Origin: Candidatus Poribacteria bacterium | Lineage (GTDB): Bacteria; Poribacteria; WGA-4E; UBA9662 | NCBI GenBank assembly: GCA_046582655.1 | Contig: JAYGDX010000237.1 | Coordinates: 1-24,936 of the forward strand | Length of the DNA: 24,936 nucleotides | Reading direction: 5' to 3' | Shown here: positions 8,405 through 18,060 of the stretch, piece by piece | Layout of the letters: the number at the start of each line of letters is the position of its first letter | Numbering within the stretch: position 1 is the stretch's first letter | Notes under the pieces: model-generated | What the model was told of the DNA's origin: nothing | The model's database searches: none | The model's input: the letters and a program-made list of their open reading frames with translations, nothing else | Made by a program: the position numbers and the translations under genes

Positions 8405-9828
8405 ATGTCTAACACCATTTTGCTTGGTTTTGGCCTTTTGGTGGTGTGCAGCGGACAATCTTCATCCAAAGTTCACAATATAGGATCGCGTCTGGAACCT
8501 TTTGTAGACGACTGGCTAGTTGAAAAAATGGATGGGGTGCAATTACAGTTGCATCGTTGCATCATCCTACGCCGGGCGAAGTAGCGATTGTATTCGATAA
8601 ATCGTGGGAAGGCAATACCTGTACCTATGTGACTGTATTTCAGGATGATGATCTCTTTCGGATGTATTATCGGGGATCGCACTACGATTTTGTGACTAAA
8701 AAAAGTCTGCATGAGCTCACCTGTTATGCTGAGAGTAAGGATGGAATCAACTGGACTAAACCGGAATTGAACCTGTTTGAGTTCGATGGATCTACCCGCA
8801 ATAACATTGTCTGGCGGGGAGAACTGGAATGCCACAATTTTTCGCCCTTCAAGGATCCCAATCCCTGTTGTCAGCCAGAAGCACGTTATAAGGCTCTTGG
8901 AGGCGGACACGAAGGGCTATTTGCCTTCCAATCATCGGATGGAATCAACTGGTCTTTGATGCAACCAGATCCAGTTATTACCAAAGGGAATTTCGATTCC
9001 CAAAACTTGGCGTTCTGGGATACAATTCGGGAAAGATACGTTGATTTCCATCGGGCGGGTCGGGACGGTGTCCGGTCTATTATGACCTGCACTTCGGATG
9101 ATTTTCTTAACTGGACAGAACCGGAATGGGTAGACTTTGGGCAGTTACCACCTGAGCATTTGTATACCAACGCCATCACGCCTTATTTCCGCGCACCGCA
9201 TATTTTTCTTGGTTTCCCCAAGCGATTTCTGCCCTTACGAAAGACACCTCATCATCCGGATTCGGGAATTTCGGATGGTGTTTTTATGAGTAGCCGTGAC
9301 GGGTTGCACTGGCATCGGTGGTTAGAAGCGTTTATCCGACCAGGACTTCAACCGGAGAGGTGGGTGAACAGAAACAACATGACCGCTTGGGGGATTTTGT
9401 CCACTAAGACAGCAACAACCGGTCCTACTAACGAACTTTCTATTTACTCCAACGAGAACTACTATTCGGTGGACGGCCACTGCCGTCTTCGGCGGTTCAC
9501 ACTGCGAAATGATGGTTTTGCCTCTATTCATGCTTCCTATGCTGGTGGCGAATTCGTAACGTATCCACTCAACTTTTCGGGGACCAAACTCACCCTTAAC
9601 TTCTCCACTTCGGCTGCTGGTAGTATCCAGGTAGAAGTTACCGATCTAAATGGCCAACCTTTGAGCGGATTTTCGCTGGACGAATCTACTGAGATTTACG
9701 GGGATGAAGTTGCCTACGTCGTGACGTGGAAATCGCAATCCGACCTGACCGCGTTTGTAGGTCAGCCTATTCAGTTGCGTTTCGTCATGAAGGACGCTGA
9801 TCTATATTCCTTACAGTTTCGTCCCTAA
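8405..9828 (+). pseudogene. Five-bladed beta-propeller glycoside-hydrolase-like protein (GH32/43/130-like fold) with signal peptide, frameshifted by an 8-bp duplication
   Basis: ATG 8405 with RBS aagga gives MSNTILLGFGLLVVCSG...IGSRLEPFVDDWLVEKMDGVQLQLH. gttgcatc is duplicated at 8548-8563; removing one copy joins it to HPTPGEV... Asp-box-like repeats ESKDGINW, SSDGINW, TSDDFLNW, SRDGLHW; C-terminal LRNDGFAS...LRFVMKDADLYSLQF. Confidence 0.85.
8548..8563 (+). repeat. Exact 8-bp tandem duplication
   Basis: gttgcatc gttgcatc. Confidence 0.9.
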
Positions 9829-9902
9829 AGGAGGCCGTAGACATAAAACATTTTGGCAACCAACCTAACATAGCAAGGGAAAATGGCAGTTACTGATAGA
9901 TT

Positions 9903-10934
9903 CTATGCGTAACGCCGCTCGAAGACATTCACAGCAGTTTGGGCTGCCAACATGGAAGTACGGACACGATGTTGAAAGCCCGACTGCATACCCGTCTCGA
10001 TAGTAAAGGAGAGACCATATTGGTTAGCAGCAAAATCAGCTAGGTTCAAGCCTTCACCTCTTTGTTGGGGGTTGAGCCAGAAGACACCTGGTTGACCTTT
10101 GGTGAAGAAAGAGCCAGGCAGATAGTCTTCCTCCACCAATTTTGTATTAGATTCGACCACGGTTTGGATTATGCCATCAGCTATCTTTTGCTCCCAGACC
10201 TGGTCATCATCACCTTGCTGGTGCCGGGCAGAAAACCAGAAAGCGTCGCCGCCGTACTCATGTAAATCCAGAGTTAGGCCTGGCTTAATTTCGGCCATCA
10301 GGCGGCGTGTACACCGCACTTCTACTGGTGCCCAAGGCGTGTCATGGAAACGGTTGATGTGGAGAATTTCGCCTGTCGGACTGACGACCAGCGTATAGGC
10401 TCGTTGGAATGGTGCCGTCCCTTCAATTCCTTCGGCACTTGATGGGAAGAAGATGCGGCGTCCAACCAGCGGTTCTAGAAAAGCTTCGCCTGGGAAGAAT
10501 CGACCGTACAGACCGCTAGTTGAATAACCATACTCACCGATGATAACCAGAAGCGTTTCCTCATCTTGGTAGAGCACTTCACCACTATCTTTCAGAATTT
10601 CTTCGCTATCTTCGACGGAACCCAGTTCTGGTTCTTCACCCAAACTGAGACTTAAGACATAGGGAAACCCGTTCATGCCCATTGGATCACGGCAAGGAAT
10701 AACATAGATCTGATGATCCGTTTCAAGTTGATCAATTAGTTCAACTGCGGCGGTGACACCAGCTTGTTCAGTCGAATGACTGCCTGCGCTAATGAAAATG
10801 GCTGGTTTCTTATCTCCACCACTTTGCCAGCAGGCTATAGGTGATCCATCCAGTGTGCGGCCCAACACTCTGGGATGGTTTTCCTTACACTTCGTCCAAT
10901 CAAGAAGGTTGGTGTAGCGATCGAAAATCTGCAT
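9903..10934 (-). CDS. M14-family zinc carboxypeptidase / succinylglutamate desuccinylase-like protein
   Basis: LGRTLDGSPI, ISAGSHSTE (HxxE), IPCRDPMG, INRF, TLDLHE, FTIETG. Confidence 0.8.
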   Translation of the reverse strand: MQIFDRYTNLLDWTKCKENHPRVLGRTLDGSPIACWQSGGDKKPAIFISAGSHSTEQAGVTAAVELIDQLETDHQIYVIPCRDPMGMNGFPYVLSLSLGEEPELGSVEDSEEILKDSGEVLYQDEETLLVIIGEYGYSTSGLYGRFFPGEAFLEPLVGRRIFFPSSAEGIEGTAPFQRAYTLVVSPTGEILHINRFHDTPWAPVEVRCTRRLMAEIKPGLTLDLHEYGGDAFWFSARHQQGDDDQVWEQKIADGIIQTVVESNTKLVEEDYLPGSFFTKGQPGVFWLNPQQRGEGLNLADFAANQYGLSFTIETGMQSGFQHRVRTSMLAAQTAVNVFERRYA

Positions 10935-11003
10935 CTCATTTCCCCTTTAGTATTATGCCTTACTGATCTTCCTTTTTGAGAATTGCTAGCTGTTGATCTG
11001 AAA

Positions 11004-11798
11004 TCAATCGATGCGAATCTCGTTTTGTCCGGTAATATCTTTGGTATGTGTATAGTGGGCCGCTTCCATCAGCTCTAAGGTCTCGGACGATAAGCAGGCT
11101 TTCAGTACTTCTGAAGGTCCGCCCCCACCTTTATGTTGCGGCGTGTAGCGCAAAACCAGGATTCTGCGAATACGATCCGATGGATTCCAAGGCAAGATGC
11201 CATGTGTTAACAATTCTGAGATAATCAGCACATCGCCGGCACGCGGCGTTAAGTTGATCACTCCCTGCGGTAAGTCATCGGTATCGATTATGTTCCCATT
11301 GTAAAACATCGTTTTCGGCCGAGGAAAAGATGCCTTGTGGGAACCTGGGACTACCAGTAGTCCTCCATCACCTGGAAAAACGTCATCAAAATAGGGGAAA
11401 ATGACAAAATTGTCGCAGTAGATCTTGTTATTGCGGATCTCGTATCGACAACTCTCCCAACCATAGTCGTCTCGGGCACAATGAAGCCCGCCTCCTTCCG
11501 CACCAGGCAGATCAACTTGTAAGGTACCGCTGGTTAGGCGTGGTTTACTGTTCGTTAGTTCCATTATGATTGGCCATGTCTTTGGATGAAAAACCAGAGC
11601 TTCCAACGTTTTGTCAAAGGCAAATCCGTTTATATGACGTTTGCCATCTTTACCAAATCCTTCTGGAAGTTGATCAGTTGGGGTATCGATATACCGTTGT
11701 GTTGCCTTTTGACAGGCTTCTAGCTGTTCAGGACTAAGAACGTTTTCCAAATGTAAATATCCGGACACATCAAAAAAGTATCGTTGTTCAGGTGTCAT
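11004..11798 (-). CDS. PhyH-family Fe(II)/2-oxoglutarate oxygenase with atypical H-C-A metal motif
   Basis: MTPEQRYFFDVSGYLHLENVL, GGLLVVPGSHK, AGDVLIISELLTHG, RRILVLRY; LHCAR where HxD is expected. Confidence 0.88.
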   Translation of the reverse strand: MTPEQRYFFDVSGYLHLENVLSPEQLEACQKATQRYIDTPTDQLPEGFGKDGKRHINGFAFDKTLEALVFHPKTWPIIMELTNSKPRLTSGTLQVDLPGAEGGGLHCARDDYGWESCRYEIRNNKIYCDNFVIFPYFDDVFPGDGGLLVVPGSHKASFPRPKTMFYNGNIIDTDDLPQGVINLTPRAGDVLIISELLTHGILPWNPSDRIRRILVLRYTPQHKGGGGPSEVLKACLSSETLELMEAAHYTHTKDITGQNEIRID

Positions 11799-12000
11799 AA
11801 TCCGTTCCGTAAACCTTAATTTCCCCCATTATATCGTAATCTTCTCCGGTTATTTTCCTAGGCGTTTTTGTTTTTTTAAAATTTGGAGAAGATTGGCTCT
11901 AAAAAGCTGGATAATCTTTACTTAATTCAAGTAAAGAGGCACAGGAATTCAAGATGAATTATAGTCATAGTTGGACGATATGTCAACTTGCTGATACAAT

Positions 12001-12579
12001 ATGAATATGGTTGCCTTAAACAGGAGAAATCGTGACTGTACCGATAAAGACCGGGCCAACTTGAACAAACCAATTGAAAACTGTTATTGGGTCAATCCAC
12101 ATCTTCTGGCCAGTGAATATCCCGGACATCAGGATCTAGCGAAAACACGTTTCCATATCAACAAATACTTGGATTCTGGATTGAGTTGTTTCATTGATCT
12201 AACTCAGCCGAAAGAACTTGAACCTTATGACCTAATTTTGAGCCAAGAGTCTCAAGATCGAAACTTGGCAACAGTCTACAGGCGAAAACCGATTGTAGAC
12301 TATTCGGTTCCCAGTCGAAATGGAATGGCTAGGATCCTGGATACCATTCAGTCTGACATACAAGCTGGACATAAAGTAGTTGTCCATTGTTGGGGTGGAG
12401 TTGGTCGGACTGGCACCGTTATCGGTTGTTATCTGGTCGGGCAGGGATTATCCGGTGAGGAATCGCTCCGAGAGTTGAGTCAATACTGGAGTACGGTCGG
12501 CTGCCTCAAACGGTGGAACCATCCAATCACACCGCAATCCGAAGACCAGTTCCGGATGATTCTGGATTGGAACCAGTGA
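12001..12579 (+). CDS. Cys-based dual-specificity / protein-tyrosine phosphatase family protein (start uncertain)
   Basis: VVVHCWGGVGRTG (HCx5R), PIVDYSVP acid loop, TPQSEDQ. Confidence 0.88.
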   Translation: MNMVALNRRNRDCTDKDRANLNKPIENCYWVNPHLLASEYPGHQDLAKTRFHINKYLDSGLSCFIDLTQPKELEPYDLILSQESQDRNLATVYRRKPIVDYSVPSRNGMARILDTIQSDIQAGHKVVVHCWGGVGRTGTVIGCYLVGQGLSGEESLRELSQYWSTVGCLKRWNHPITPQSEDQFRMILDWNQ

Positions 12580-12607
12580 CGATTTGCAATCTGCATTGAG
12601 GAACTAA

Positions 12608-13996
12608 GTGATTATGAATTCACCAAATGTGTTATGGATCTTCATCGAAGATATGAATGACTGGCTGGGATGTTACGGGCATCAGGTCGTACCAACGCCG
12701 AACATAGACCAGCTGGCTAAAAATGGTGTTCGGTTTGACCGAGCATATATGCCGGCTGGGGTTTGTTCACCCTCCAGATCGGCTGTTATTACTGGTATGT
12801 ATCAGACGACAATTGGTGCGCACAACCATCGGAGTTCAAGACCAGACTTTAGGGGAATGAACATGGGGAAAGACTATGACGCCATCGCACTGCCTGATGG
12901 TGTGTCTACTATTCCTGAACATTTCCGTGATGCTGGTTACTACACGTTTATCGAAGGCAAAAAGGATTACAATTTTGTCCGCCATGGCACTAATTCCTAC
13001 CATCACGATAACCCAAAGATGGGATTCAAAGGTGCACAGGATGGCAGTGATTGGTCGGGTTGTCCAGACGGTAAACCTTTTTTCGGACAGATTCAACTTA
13101 CAGGTGGAAAACAGCTTGGGAACCCCAACCTTCAACGACATGCGGATCCATCGGCTATCACAGTACCACCGTACTACCTGGATCATCCAATCATTCGGGA
13201 TGAGATCGCTTTGCATTATGATTGCGTTAGCCATACCGACGCCGAGGTCGGTCAAATTCTCACGCGGCTAGAGGAAGATAGCCTACTTGAAAATACGATC
13301 ATCTTTCTGTTCAGCGACCATGGTATGCGTCTGCCACGACACAAGCAATTCATTTATGAAGGAGGACATAAAGTTCCCCTGATTATTTCCGGGTTGGGTC
13401 ACATGGATCGGTTGCAACCTGGGATTGTCCGACAGGATCTGGTCAGTGGGATCGATATCAGCGCCACCTCGCTGGCCTTGGCAGATCTCGAAGTACCAGA
13501 TGAGATGGAAGGACAACATCTTTTCTCCTCCAATTTCACGCCGCGTCAGTACGTAGTAGCAGCCAAAGACCGATGCGACTATACTATCGACCGGATTCGT
13601 GCTGTGCGCACACAAAAGTATGGTTACCTTCGCAATTTTATGACCGACCGACCATACATGCAGCCCCAATATCGGGATGGTTCTAACTTTATGACTTTGT
13701 TGCATGATATGTACGATGACGGTAAACTGAACGATGTGCAGGCGGCGTTTTGGTGCCTAGATCGGCCTGACGAAGAGTTGTACGATCTGGAAAACGATCC
13801 ACACGAAACGATCAATCTGGCAAATAATCCGAATTATACTAGCATCCTTGCTGAACATCGGGAGATTCTGAATAACTGGATTGATGAAACAGATGACAAA
13901 GGACAGTATCCAGAATCAGAGATTGGTTTGCGTTGTGTACTGAAACGTTGGACTCACCAGTGCGTCAACCCGGAATATGCCAAGCTGGAAAGTTAG
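12608..13996 (+). CDS. Formylglycine-dependent (Cys-type) S1 sulfatase
   Basis: PNVLWIFIED, TPNIDQLAKNG, CSPSRSAVITG (CxPxR), FSDHG, ELYDLENDPHETINLA. Confidence 0.93.
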   Translation: MIMNSPNVLWIFIEDMNDWLGCYGHQVVPTPNIDQLAKNGVRFDRAYMPAGVCSPSRSAVITGMYQTTIGAHNHRSSRPDFRGMNMGKDYDAIALPDGVSTIPEHFRDAGYYTFIEGKKDYNFVRHGTNSYHHDNPKMGFKGAQDGSDWSGCPDGKPFFGQIQLTGGKQLGNPNLQRHADPSAITVPPYYLDHPIIRDEIALHYDCVSHTDAEVGQILTRLEEDSLLENTIIFLFSDHGMRLPRHKQFIYEGGHKVPLIISGLGHMDRLQPGIVRQDLVSGIDISATSLALADLEVPDEMEGQHLFSSNFTPRQYVVAAKDRCDYTIDRIRAVRTQKYGYLRNFMTDRPYMQPQYRDGSNFMTLLHDMYDDGKLNDVQAAFWCLDRPDEELYDLENDPHETINLANNPNYTSILAEHREILNNWIDETDDKGQYPESEIGLRCVLKRWTHQCVNPEYAKLES

Positions 13997-14125
13997 ATCT
14001 AATAGCCAATCCGCTGGATGTGCAACGGATGGTGACCGAAAGATGTACGATTGTATCGTCAGTTCTACTGTCATCCGATCGGCACACAATTAAAATCTTA
14101 GCTTGACATTCAAGAAGGAAACACC

Positions 14126-15118
14126 ATGTCAAACCCGACCAAAATCTATCGTGCCGCACTGATCGGCTGTGGCGGGCGGGGTATGTCTTTACGTAACACA
14201 GCCAACCAGATTGACCGGATTGATGTTGTCACCGCCGCCGACATGAACGGCGTCAACTTTGAAAAACTGGCGTTGGAGGGAGTCAAGACCTATCATGATT
14301 TTGAGGAAATGCTGGAGGAAGAGTCGCTGGATATAATCATAGTGGCAACGCCCATCTCTTCCCACTATCAGGTTGCCAGTCGTGTGCTGGATTTTCCTAT
14401 TACCGGGTTGTACTTGGAGAAGTCGATGGCCACCAGACTATGGGAAGCCGACCAATTGGTCCAAAAGGCAGATGAATTTGGTGTCTACTTGGTGGTTGGC
14501 CACCAACTGCGGTATAACCAAGGTTGGGCTAATGTTAGAAACCTGATCGACCAAGACGCCATTGGCCAACTCCATTATATTCGGGCTCATCGTGGAGCTG
14601 CCATGCTGACGCATCATACCCACCAGACTGACCTGATGCGATACTATCTGGATGACTCTCCCGTTTCATGGGTGCTTGGACAGATTCACCGGGATGGTTT
14701 GCACCTGTCGGAGGGACTGGAATCAGAGATGCAAGCACTGGGGTTTGTTCAGTTTGAAAACGGCGTTAGTGGTATTATCGAGGCTGGTCAGTACAAACCA
14801 TCGGCAGGCAATCATCTGATGCTAATCGGTGAAAAAGGGGATATTCGGGCTGGTTCAGATGCCCGCTATCGAAATGAAGATACAGGCGGTATATGGCAAC
14901 CGATACCATTGTTTGATCAACCGCATATTTTCGAAGACTTTCTACGATGGATTGAAGATGGTCCGGAACACCGATGTTCTGGACGAAAGGGTCGGGATAC
15001 GCTGGAAGTCTTACTGGCCATCTACGAATCTAGCCGTAGCCGGGGTCGGGTCGAACTGCCTTTGAAGCAGCGGGGAAACGCGCTGGAAGAAATGATAACC
15101 GGCGGCATATTGCCTTAG
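14126..15118 (+). CDS. Gfo/Idh/MocA family oxidoreductase
   Basis: AALIGCGGRG Rossmann motif, IVATP...H, LEKSMA, VGHQLRY, THQTDL; RBS aagga. Confidence 0.9.
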   Translation: MSNPTKIYRAALIGCGGRGMSLRNTANQIDRIDVVTAADMNGVNFEKLALEGVKTYHDFEEMLEEESLDIIIVATPISSHYQVASRVLDFPITGLYLEKSMATRLWEADQLVQKADEFGVYLVVGHQLRYNQGWANVRNLIDQDAIGQLHYIRAHRGAAMLTHHTHQTDLMRYYLDDSPVSWVLGQIHRDGLHLSEGLESEMQALGFVQFENGVSGIIEAGQYKPSAGNHLMLIGEKGDIRAGSDARYRNEDTGGIWQPIPLFDQPHIFEDFLRWIEDGPEHRCSGRKGRDTLEVLLAIYESSRSRGRVELPLKQRGNALEEMITGGILP

Positions 15119-15184
15119 ATAGCGGAATCCTGTGCCCAACGAAATTAAAATTTCATGGGAGGAGATACGTATTTGCAAAGCGTT

Positions 15185-15982
15185 TCAACTCACTAATTTC
15201 TGAACTTCCTGTTCCCAAGTTCCTTCAATTATTACACCATACTCGCGTAACCCTCCCGTGGCATCTGAGCCAGTGATAACAGGCAAGTTGTGCATATTTT
15301 GCGATTGCTCCGGGATATAGTCTTGGCGTAGAAAGTGATATGCGCATCCGCCACGCATTTTGTCAGTTTTATTTTCTTTGGTGCAATGCGGAATGCCATA
15401 ATTGAAGAAAACAATCCCGCCAGCATCAACCACCACCGGTACAGCTTTCGATTCATCTGGATCACAGGTGATGTGATGATTGCTGTAGGGATCACGTTGG
15501 TGCGAGTATTCAAGTTTATGACCGTTGGGGATAACGTGCAAGGTTCCGTTTTCCAATGATGCGTCGTGAAGAGCTATCCACATCCCCGTTCCCTTAGTCG
15601 GATCGCTAATGCGGAAGTAACCGTTATCCGTGTGCCAACTGGTTCCAACACCCGTTCTGGGCGGCTTCAGAAAAAGCTGATCCAGATGTCGGATGTATGG
15701 ATCTCCCAATAACTGGCTGACAACCGTTTTGACTTTTGAACAGTAAGGCAGTGCCCGGTAAAGGTTGCTAATGTTGTTGAGAGGTATAACCTGATAGTTG
15801 TGCATGGTGGTAGAGCTTGTCTCACCATCACCATCGGTAGCTACGTTTCTTCCCAAGTCCTGGCGGTAAAATCTTTCCAGTTCGATTACCAACGCTTTGA
15901 CCTCGTCCTGATCGAAAAAATTGGATAAAATCAGGTAACCCTCGTCCTTAAATTGATTGACTTGCTGTTCATTTAGTTCCAT
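15185..15982 (-). CDS. PhyH-family Fe(II)/2-oxoglutarate dioxygenase
   Basis: QFKDEGYLIL, LFLKPP, WHTD, WIALHDASLENGTLHVIP, distal His in IPHCT. Confidence 0.92.
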   Translation of the reverse strand: MELNEQQVNQFKDEGYLILSNFFDQDEVKALVIELERFYRQDLGRNVATDGDGETSSTTMHNYQVIPLNNISNLYRALPYCSKVKTVVSQLLGDPYIRHLDQLFLKPPRTGVGTSWHTDNGYFRISDPTKGTGMWIALHDASLENGTLHVIPNGHKLEYSHQRDPYSNHHITCDPDESKAVPVVVDAGGIVFFNYGIPHCTKENKTDKMRGGCAYHFLRQDYIPEQSQNMHNLPVITGSDATGGLREYGVIIEGTWEQEVQKLVS

Positions 15983-16018
15983 GATGTTCCTTTGAATGAA
16001 TCACATATGTGTTTGTCT

Positions 16019-16765
16019 TTAATTGATTCTGTATCCGTTTCGCAGTACAGGGAATTGATCACCAATCGGTTGCCCTGTTTTCTTCAGAATGACACCGGGG
16101 ACATGATACTGGGGAACGTAGCCGCGCCGCGTACTGTCGTGGCTGGTGTTAGGCCCACTCATGTGAAGGGTCAATGAACTGAAGATGGCAACCTGTCCAG
16201 CTTTCATTTCGACCGGGATAGCATTGCTATCATCCGAAAACTTGGCACGTAACCCACCATAAACCTGTTGATTTGGTTCTTCACTTCCATGTTCCAAAAC
16301 ACCCCATTTGTGTGATTTTGGTAACACCCAGATACCGCCGTTCTCCAAATTTGAATCGCTGATAGCTGTCCAGCAAGTGATGTAGGCTAAGGGGATGGTC
16401 TCGGTATAACCGGAGTCCTGATGCCAACTGAAAGTTTTACCCAGTTTTGGTGGCTTGGTGGCAGCTTGGTTCCAATAGAGGTCGGCATCTGGTCCAATAA
16501 AAGCGCGGCACGCTTCCAAATAGATCTCAGATTTGACGAATTCAGCTGCTACTTGGCTTCGATTGTGAACTTGTCCATAGGATCGTCGTCCCTCGGCGGC
16601 GAGAACAGCCTTGGGGTCACTCGTGGTTTTTGCTTCTTCAATGCCTTCCTGATAGAGACGATCCATTTCGTCCCCCATGGATTGAAGTTGATCCGGTTCG
16701 AGAACGACGTCAGTAACGAAATATCCAAGTTCCTGAAATTGCGTTTTATCTTTTTCACTGATCAT
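16019..16765 (-). CDS. PhyH-family Fe(II)/2-oxoglutarate dioxygenase
   Basis: FQELGYF, TKPP, WHQD, ENGGIWVLPKSHK, LTLHMSGPN...RR. Confidence 0.92.
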   Translation of the reverse strand: MISEKDKTQFQELGYFVTDVVLEPDQLQSMGDEMDRLYQEGIEEAKTTSDPKAVLAAEGRRSYGQVHNRSQVAAEFVKSEIYLEACRAFIGPDADLYWNQAATKPPKLGKTFSWHQDSGYTETIPLAYITCWTAISDSNLENGGIWVLPKSHKWGVLEHGSEEPNQQVYGGLRAKFSDDSNAIPVEMKAGQVAIFSSLTLHMSGPNTSHDSTRRGYVPQYHVPGVILKKTGQPIGDQFPVLRNGYRIN

Positions 16766-16821
16766 TTTTGAAAATCCTTGTCCTTAATTGTTTGATAGCA
16801 TACGATAGCCCGTCAGGTATG

Positions 16822-18060
16822 TCAAGAACTAGCGATTGTTATTGGTCGTCCATTGTCGTCATGGATGAGAAACTGTGGGACACCGCCATGATCCAAACTC
16901 TGTCGACCAGCTTCAAGAATAGCCGTCATTGTCAATGTCTGTTGAATCGATGCTAGACGATCTTGGAAATCAGAGGGACTGGTGCCACCCTCCCGAATCT
17001 GGCAGACGGCATCAACAAAGGCTGAGATACTACGATAACCGTATCCTGTCTGACCCGCGAAATAACCTTGCGTATTTGGCGTGTATTTCATAAACAGTGG
17101 GTTGGCTGAGATATAACCGTTCGCATCCGTGGCAACGCTGTAACCACGGTGCGCTTGATCTACAATAATTTCACCTTCGTGCCCCATGTAGAAGAAGCGT
17201 TGTTGGGAATGGACATCACTGATGGGTGCAATCCATGAGGCAGTGTAAATAGCCGTGCCCAGATTTTGGCTGCTGGTGTTCTTCCACTGCGTTGTCAGGG
17301 TGATTGTGTCCTCGGTATCGACTTCAAAAGGTGAGTGATTAGCAACGCTAGTGGAGGCAGTGGCGGTGACACTTACGGGGTGAGCAAAGTCACCGATTGA
17401 CCCAGCATGAAAGTCAACGTGATGTGAATTCAGGTAATAGCTGATATCACTCGATTTTCCGGCCCAGTGACGGAAGGTTTCCAGTTGCTTTTTGGGTTGG
17501 CTCATGTAGGCGTTGAAAAAACTGAAATCGCCCAGATTCCGGATTCGGTCTCGGGCATCAACATAAATAGGATCCCAACGTTTATGAACCTCCGCTGCCA
17601 CCAGTACATTCTGGCGGTTGGCGGCATCGGTCAGTGTTGTATGTTCCTTTAGCGTCTTAACCGGTAGCAACACGTGTAGACCTCGTTCGATGGCGTCAAG
17701 GGCAATTTGGAAATGGGTGTCGTCAGGCGTGAAGATGGTTACTAAATCACCGGGCGACATCATGTCCAATCCACGAAGATAGGCTTGCGGATCTGATAAA
17801 ACATCGTCATTTGGGAAAGCGTCGAAGCTAACGTCCATCTCTTTGTAGACGTTGGCAATCTGACCTTTCAGATGTCGGCGAATGGCAGGGTATTTGGTGC
17901 CATTGGTACCAGCCATGGCGATTCGGCCAATTTTTCCCTGTCGACGCAGATCGAAAAGCGTTAGGGCTATAACCCCCGCGCTCTTGTCTGAAGAACTGGC
18001 TGTGGTATGGACGTAACCGGTAGTATACTCACCAGTACCGATCATCAATGCCGAGGTGAT
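16822..18060 (-). CDS. Gfo/Idh/MocA-fold oxidoreductase closely resembling fungal D-galacturonate reductase GaaA; possibly inactivated (ATC at the expected start, K-P motif missing)
   Basis: LMIGTGEYTTGYV...SDK..GV..LTLFDLRR.GK, IFTPDDTH, HKRWDP, YMSQPKKQLETF..WAGK.SDISYYLNSHHVD, FAGQTGYGY, all matching my recollection of GaaA. AGGAGG at 18067-18072 lies 6 nt before ATC at 18060. Confidence 0.8.
   Translation of the reverse strand: MTSALMIGTGEYTTGYVHTTASSSDKSAGVIALTLFDLRRQGKIGRIAMAGTNGTKYPAIRRHLKGQIANVYKEMDVSFDAFPNDDVLSDPQAYLRGLDMMSPGDLVTIFTPDDTHFQIALDAIERGLHVLLPVKTLKEHTTLTDAANRQNVLVAAEVHKRWDPIYVDARDRIRNLGDFSFFNAYMSQPKKQLETFRHWAGKSSDISYYLNSHHVDFHAGSIGDFAHPVSVTATASTSVANHSPFEVDTEDTITLTTQWKNTSSQNLGTAIYTASWIAPISDVHSQQRFFYMGHEGEIIVDQAHRGYSVATDANGYISANPLFMKYTPNTQGYFAGQTGYGYRSISAFVDAVCQIREGGTSPSDFQDRLASIQQTLTMTAILEAGRQSLDHGGVPQFLIHDDNGRPITIASS

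Noticed and set aside
1037..14100. Integron attC-like sites (acctaac at about 1040 and 9863, gcttaac at 2168, hairpins at 2151 and 14019)
   Set aside because: No matching complementary GTTRRRY ends, no integrase, and the genes are not arranged as a co-oriented cassette array.
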